In this document: piece by piece, positions 59,064-64,000 of the stretch
Position numbering within the stretch: position 1 is the first letter of the stretch
Layout of the letters: the number at the start of each line of letters is the position of its first letter
Assembly: GCA_000092065.1 (NCBI GenBank)
Contig: CP000591.1
Source: Ostreococcus lucimarinus
Lineage: Eukaryota
DNA: 64,000 nt
Strand: one strand, 5' to 3'
Notes under the pieces: generated by a model
Told to the model about the DNA's origin: nothing
What the model saw: only the letters and a program-made list of their open reading frames with translations
Database searches by the model: none
Made by a program: the position numbers and the translations under genes

Positions 59064-60799
59064 GGTTTGTACGAACAAGTTGACGCATGGACGAGCACGT
59101 TTTGGTCTCATCTCGAAGTCGCTCGAGGAAACTCACACAAGTTGCGCGAGGGTGAGACAATTGTGGAAGACGCTAATGCCGCCACTGAAGCTCCAAAAGG
59201 CGATTCGAAGCCACCGCAAGCGGCTGCGCCGGCGAAGAAAGTCGAAGGCGTGCCACCACTACCAATCTGCCGATCTGAAGTGCAGTGGCTGCCGAAAACG
59301 ACAGAAGTGGTTGCTAATCGCGTCGCGCCCGGTCCAGATTCCGAAGGTGCATACACCGTCTCCTCGCCGTACATGGCGACTATTCACAAGCGTGAGGTAC
59401 TCACAAACTTGAAATCCGATCGGCGAGTGTTGCACATGGAGTTTGATCTCGGATCAAGTGGGATCTCTTACAAGCCGGGAGATTCCATTGGCATCGTACC
59501 GCAGAACGACGCCGAGCTGGTTCGAGCCATCGTCGATCGGCTGGGTCTCGATCAAGCCGCCATTTTCACGCTGAATTGGAAGAAAGGTGACACGAATGAA
59601 CACGCGACTCATCCGTTGCCGCATATTCACACCCCGTGCACGGTAAAGAGTGTGTTCACGAATTATATCGACATCACGGGATGTCCGCGTAAGTCGCTCC
59701 TTCGCGTTCTCGCCGAACACTGCGGCAACGCGGAGGAAAAAGACGCCCTCTTGCACCTTTCATCGCGTGGTGGTCGAGCAGAATACGAAACACAGATTCG
59801 CGCGCAGTCACCGACGCTATTGACGCTCTTGAACAATTATCCGAGTTGTTGTCCTCCGTTAGCCGAGCTTTTAGATGCCCTCTCTCCGCTCGCGCCGAGA
59901 CTGTATTCGATCACATGCGCGCCCGAGGTGGCACCAACAACGCCGTCGGTTGCCTTCAGTGTCGTGCGGTTCCAGGTACCCAGCGGTGAACATCGCCTCG
60001 GCGTCGCCACGAACTGGCTCGACGAGATATCGGTCGACGACAAGTGCGAGCACAAAGTCCCGGTGTACATCAAGCCAAGCTTGAAGTTCGGCCTGCCCGA
60101 AGACTCGAGCGCGCCGCTAGTGATGATTGGTCCGGGTACCGGCGTCGCACCATGCCGCGGTTTCCTCCAGTCCAGACGCGCTAAAGCACAAAAAGGCGGT
60201 CGATTATCTGAAGCTATGTTGTTCTTCGGCTGTCGCAAGGCAGATGAGGACTTCCTGTACGAAGCCGACTGGAAGAGTTTCACCGCCGATGGCTCGCTGA
60301 CAAAGCTCGTCTGCGCCTTTAGCCGCGAGACCGCAGAAAAGGTATACGTGCAGCACAAAATTGAAGAGCACGCCACCGAAGTCGCGCGCTTAATCTCTGA
60401 GGGCGCTTACGTCATGGTATGCGGCGACGGCGCGCACATGGCCAAGGATGTCCACGCCGCCCTCGTCCGCGTCGTCGCTCAAGCCGGCGTCTGCGGCGTC
60501 TCTGACGTCAAAGCCGCCGAGGCTCTCCTCGCCGACTTCACTAAATCCGGTCGTTACGTCCGTGATATTTGGAGCTAACGCACGCGCGTTCGTATTGTTT
60601 AGATTTTAATTTCTCATTTCATTTCATTTCATTCCACTCCACTCTCGTTCCGTTTCACCAAACTCCTGCGGGCGAGTTGGGTGTTACGCGTACACGCGCG
60701 CCCCTCAGACCCGCGCGCGCTTCGCCGCGGGCTAAAATGCGCCGTCGTGATCGAGGAAACGACCCTCCGATGGTGTCGTCGACGTTCGTCGTCGTCCTC
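59064..60799. repeat. Segmental direct repeat, copy 2 (identical to 52619-54354 apart from 2 substitutions)
   Basis: See copy 1. Confidence 0.95.
59067..60578 (+). pseudogene. 5'-truncated duplicate of diflavin reductase (FAD/NADPH ferredoxin-reductase-like module only); no in-frame ATG at 5' end, upstream in-frame stop at 59013-59015, F->C change in conserved APFRGF motif
   Basis: ORF-track start is non-ATG (ttg); lacks both flavodoxin domains; substitution at 60154 alters GPGTGVAPFRGF to GPGTGVAPCRGF. Confidence 0.6.
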
Positions 60800-62515
60800 G
60801 TCGGCGTCGTCGCCCGCGCGAGCGCGCAGACCCACGCGCACCAACACCATCGAGGCGAAACGAGCCACGGCGACGGAAACTTTGTCACCTTCCCACCGTC
60901 GTTCGCGTTCGGCGTCGGAACGTCGGCGTGGCAGATCGAAGGAAACGGTGGTGATCGCCCGCGATCGGTGTGGGACGCGTTCGTGAGCGAACTAGGAGAG
61001 GAGAAGAGAGTGGAGGCGGAGCGCGGGATCGGCTTTCACGAGCGATACGCGGCGGATGCGCAAATGATGGCGGATGCGGGAGTGAAACATTTCAAAATGT
61101 CCCTGAGCTGGCCGAGGTTGATGCGCGCCGACGGGAGCGCGATCGATGAAGGGTTCGAGTATTATCAGAACGTTTTCGGGGCGCTACGCGAGCGAGGCGT
61201 GGAACCGCACGTGACGCTGTTTCACTGGGACACGCCGATGTGGTGCTGCGCCAACGAAACGATCGCGAGCGGGCGTGGGAGCGTGTGCGAAGGAGCTTGG
61301 GTGAAGGATGAAATCTTGAAAGATTTTGAGAAGTACGCGGATGCGGTGTTTAGTAGACTCGGGAAGGGGATAAAATATTGGACCACAATTAGTGAGCCAA
61401 AAACCGTCGCAGAGATGGGCTACGGTGCGGGCCTTCACGCGCCTGGGCGTCGGAGCGTGGAAGAACAACTTAAAGTGGGGCATAATATGTTGCGTGCACA
61501 CGCTTTGGCGGTGGCGCTCTATAGGGAGAAATATTCCCAGTTTGGAGGGAAACTTTCAATCAATTTGAATAGCGCTTGGGTCGAGCCGGCGTCGGATTCG
61601 CCGGACGACGTGCGTGCGGCGGCAAACGCGATGGATGAAGAGCTTGGATGGTTTGCCGATCCTATTTATAAAGGTGACTATCCGGCGAGCATGCGGGCGA
61701 GATTGGGGAGCTTTCTTCCGGAGTTCACCGAGGAGGAGCGCGTGCTCGTGAAAGGGAGCGTCGATTACTTTGCGCTCAATCACTACACGTCCTACTTCGC
61801 CAAGCATGTGACCGACGCGCAAGCTTCGTCGCAGCTTGGTTTGAGCGGCAGACCTCAGCCGTGGGAGATCACACTAGAGTCAGAAAAGAGCAAGAAACCA
61901 ATCGGCAAGGAGGCGCAAAGCGACTGGTTGCACATCGTGCCGTGGGGATTAGAAAAGGTTTTGCTGCACATCAAGGACAGATACGACGATCCAGCGATCA
62001 TGATCTCGGAGAATGGCGTCGATATCGCCGAGAGGGGCGATATCGCGGAAACTCTGGACGACACAACGAGAGTCAAGTTTATCGATGCCTATCTCGGAGC
62101 CGCTCGCGAGGCGATGCGTAAAGGCGCAAACGTTGTGGGGTACTTTTATTGGTCGATGTTCGACAACGTCGAGTGGGTGGATGGGCGATCGAAACGATTT
62201 GGTTTGGTTTATGTCGATTACGACGGCAAGTACGGCGAAAAGATGAAGCGCTATCCAAAGAAATCTCTCGAGCACTTCTCCTCCTACATGCGAGGAGAGC
62301 ACGCCGAAGAACCAACCCTCGGTGCCGCGCGCGTGCGACACTCGCTCGAAGACTCTTTCGTTCAAGTCGATCCGAGGCGTCAGGGCGAAATCTTCGCATT
62401 GCAAGGCATGGCGTTGACCATCGCCTGCGTCTACGCCGCGGCAGCGGCGTTCGCCGGCGGCGTCAAAATCGTCGAGCAAGACGTCGAGCAAGACGAACGC
62501 TCGTCCCTCGTCTGA
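60737..62515 (+). CDS. Glycoside hydrolase family 1 beta-glucosidase, secreted (signal peptide); alternative start at 60770
   Basis: Signal peptide MVSSTFVVVLVGVVARASAQ; GH1 motifs FGVGTSAWQIEG, HWDTP, acid/base TISEP, nucleophile ISENG, YFYWSMFDNVEW. Confidence 0.85.
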   Translation: MRRRDRGNDPPMVSSTFVVVLVGVVARASAQTHAHQHHRGETSHGDGNFVTFPPSFAFGVGTSAWQIEGNGGDRPRSVWDAFVSELGEEKRVEAERGIGFHERYAADAQMMADAGVKHFKMSLSWPRLMRADGSAIDEGFEYYQNVFGALRERGVEPHVTLFHWDTPMWCCANETIASGRGSVCEGAWVKDEILKDFEKYADAVFSRLGKGIKYWTTISEPKTVAEMGYGAGLHAPGRRSVEEQLKVGHNMLRAHALAVALYREKYSQFGGKLSINLNSAWVEPASDSPDDVRAAANAMDEELGWFADPIYKGDYPASMRARLGSFLPEFTEEERVLVKGSVDYFALNHYTSYFAKHVTDAQASSQLGLSGRPQPWEITLESEKSKKPIGKEAQSDWLHIVPWGLEKVLLHIKDRYDDPAIMISENGVDIAERGDIAETLDDTTRVKFIDAYLGAAREAMRKGANVVGYFYWSMFDNVEWVDGRSKRFGLVYVDYDGKYGEKMKRYPKKSLEHFSSYMRGEHAEEPTLGAARVRHSLEDSFVQVDPRRQGEIFALQGMALTIACVYAAAAAFAGGVKIVEQDVEQDERSSLV

Positions 62516-63607
62516 CGCCATCGCCCACGATCGACACATAGCAAACAAATTCGCTTAAACGAGTAAACAGTTGAGACTTAGCGCGCGTTGAAACAATCAC
62601 ATGCACGGTATTGAACCATGGCGTGTACACGAGTCTCCGAAGACTCGCGTGCTTCGGGCGCTCCGCGCCATCGCGTCCACGTCGACGCGATGTGACCTTC
62701 GCCACGATCTCGCCCTCCTCGAGCGAGGTTTCGCGAACGCGCTTGCTCGCGACGAGCTCCGGCGCCGCGCAAAGCTTCGCGAGACGACTCGCAGCCGCGC
62801 GCGCACATATCGCTCGGTCGCCCGCGTCTTGACCGGGCGCGAGCGCGATTTGCGCGAGCCGCGCGAAATTTCGGTCCCCCGCGACGCGCGCGTTCTCCGC
62901 CACGCGTCGGTGGCGTCGCAGAAACTTTTTCACGTGCGTCTTCTTCGTCATGCCTCCATGTGACGTTTCGTCTCGGCGTCTCGACCTTGTGACGCGGCCT
63001 CGGACGCGCGCGAGGGCACCTCGGCACTCTGCGACGCGCGCGCGACTCGGCGCGGTCGTCGCGGACGCGTCGCGAAAGAAGAAAAAAAGTCGAGCATCGA
63101 ACCGCGCGTCGTTCGAGCGCCGCGCCGCGGCGCGCGCGACGCGCGGACGCGCGAGATGGGGCGCGTTGAAGCGGCGTTTCTCGGCGCCGGATCCCGCCTC
63201 GGGCGGCGCCTCGGGCGTCGCGCGCGCGACTAGCAAGACACGAAAACGAAGGAAAGAAAGCGCGTACGAATTCTTTTGAATCGATGTGCGCGGCGATGGA
63301 CGCGCGCGCGCGCGTTCGCGCGCCGACTCGCGCGATCGTCGTCTCCGAGACGGGCCGCGCAGACTGACCCTCGCGCAGAGGCCGACGCCAGAAGACACGC
63401 GAAACAAGGCGGCGATAGCGTCCAAACTATCGCTCGCCTGCGGCAGGTTAACCCAGGGTTGACCCAAGGTTGACCCAGCCGCAGTACTACACCCTCGCGG
63501 CGCGAGGACGCGAAGGAGGGACAGCTCGCTCGCGCGATCTCGTCGAACGACCTAGAGCCCTCGAAAGTAGCGATTGTAGTACGTCGCGTCACTCGCAGCC
63601 TCGCGCG

Positions 63608-64000
63608 ATGCTTCGAGTCGCCGCCGCGCGCGCGGTCGCGCGCACCCTCGCCCCCGCGAGCGTCCGCGCCGCCCGCCCGCGCGCGCGCGACGCGCGCCGG
63701 GCGCCGTCTCGTCGCGCGGCCGCCTCGTTCGCCGCGAACGACGACGTGCGCGCGATAAAACTCGCGCCGTACTGCGAACTCCTCACGCGGTCGAACGACG
63801 CCGAACGACCGCTCGCGATATGCGTCGGATGGTTTGGAGCGTCGTTGAAACACGTGAAGAAGTATGCGGCGATGTACGTCGACGCGAATTGCGACGCGGT
63901 GGCGATCGCGCCGCCGAGCGCGGCGATGCTCGTGCCGGCGGCGGTCGATGCGTACGCCGACGTAATCCTGCGAGCGCTCGCGCGGCACGTTCGCGGAAAG
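63608..64000 (+). CDS. Partial (3'-truncated by window end) TMEM53/DUF829-like protein with presequence
   Basis: ATG at 63608, open to window end; motif ICVGWFGASLKHVKKYAAMY resembles DUF829 N-terminal block; not in ORF track because no stop within window. Confidence 0.4.
   Translation, partial: MLRVAAARAVARTLAPASVRAARPRARDARRAPSRRAAASFAANDDVRAIKLAPYCELLTRSNDAERPLAICVGWFGASLKHVKKYAAMYVDANCDAVAIAPPSAAMLVPAAVDAYADVILRALARHVRGK

Noticed and set aside
62463-63467. 334-aa minus-strand ORF downstream of GH1
   Set aside because: Mostly Arg/Ala low complexity and overlaps the GH1 3' end; only the last about 150 aa look protein-like, insufficient support

Overview
This is a GC-rich (about 65-70% in genes), intron-poor, very compact nuclear-type eukaryotic sequence, by inference from a plastid-bearing green picoalga (Mamiellophyceae-like). 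Coding density is high, intergenic spacers are mostly under 400 bp, and many genes are divergently or convergently arranged. About 35 protein-coding genes are identifiable from motifs in the ORF track. Replication and housekeeping genes include DNA polymerase epsilon catalytic subunit (2323 aa), ORC4, tRNA 2-thiouridylase, AsnRS, GatB and a DEAH/UBA/RWD helicase. Also present are a kinesin, Sec16, a U2AF65-like splicing factor, SDE2, a USP deubiquitinase plus a separate zf-UBP protein, an FtsH-like AAA metalloprotease, a Rieske protein, a CHI-like protein and a GH1 beta-glucosidase. Transporters present are an MFS, an SLC35/UAA and a mitochondrial carrier. A diflavin reductase with two tandem flavodoxin-like domains completes the set. 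Many long ORFs antisense to these genes are GC-composition artefacts. No rRNA, tRNA or CRISPR was found. The standout feature lies at 52.6-60.8 kb. Two 1736-bp direct repeats, identical except for 2 substitutions (52619-54354 and 59064-60799), duplicate the 3' end of the diflavin reductase, the intergenic spacer and the first codons of the GH1 signal peptide. They bracket a 4.7-kb insert of markedly lower GC (about 47-52%) at 54355-59063. The insert carries a divergently transcribed pair of lineage-specific, Cys-rich, N-glycosylated type-I membrane proteins sharing an AT-rich promoter with a perfect 22-bp palindrome around a CACGTG core. Other points of interest are an 87-bp tandem triplication in the kinesin/AsnRS divergent promoter, a 31-bp duplicated motif in the FtsH/USP bidirectional promoter, and several coding microsatellites.
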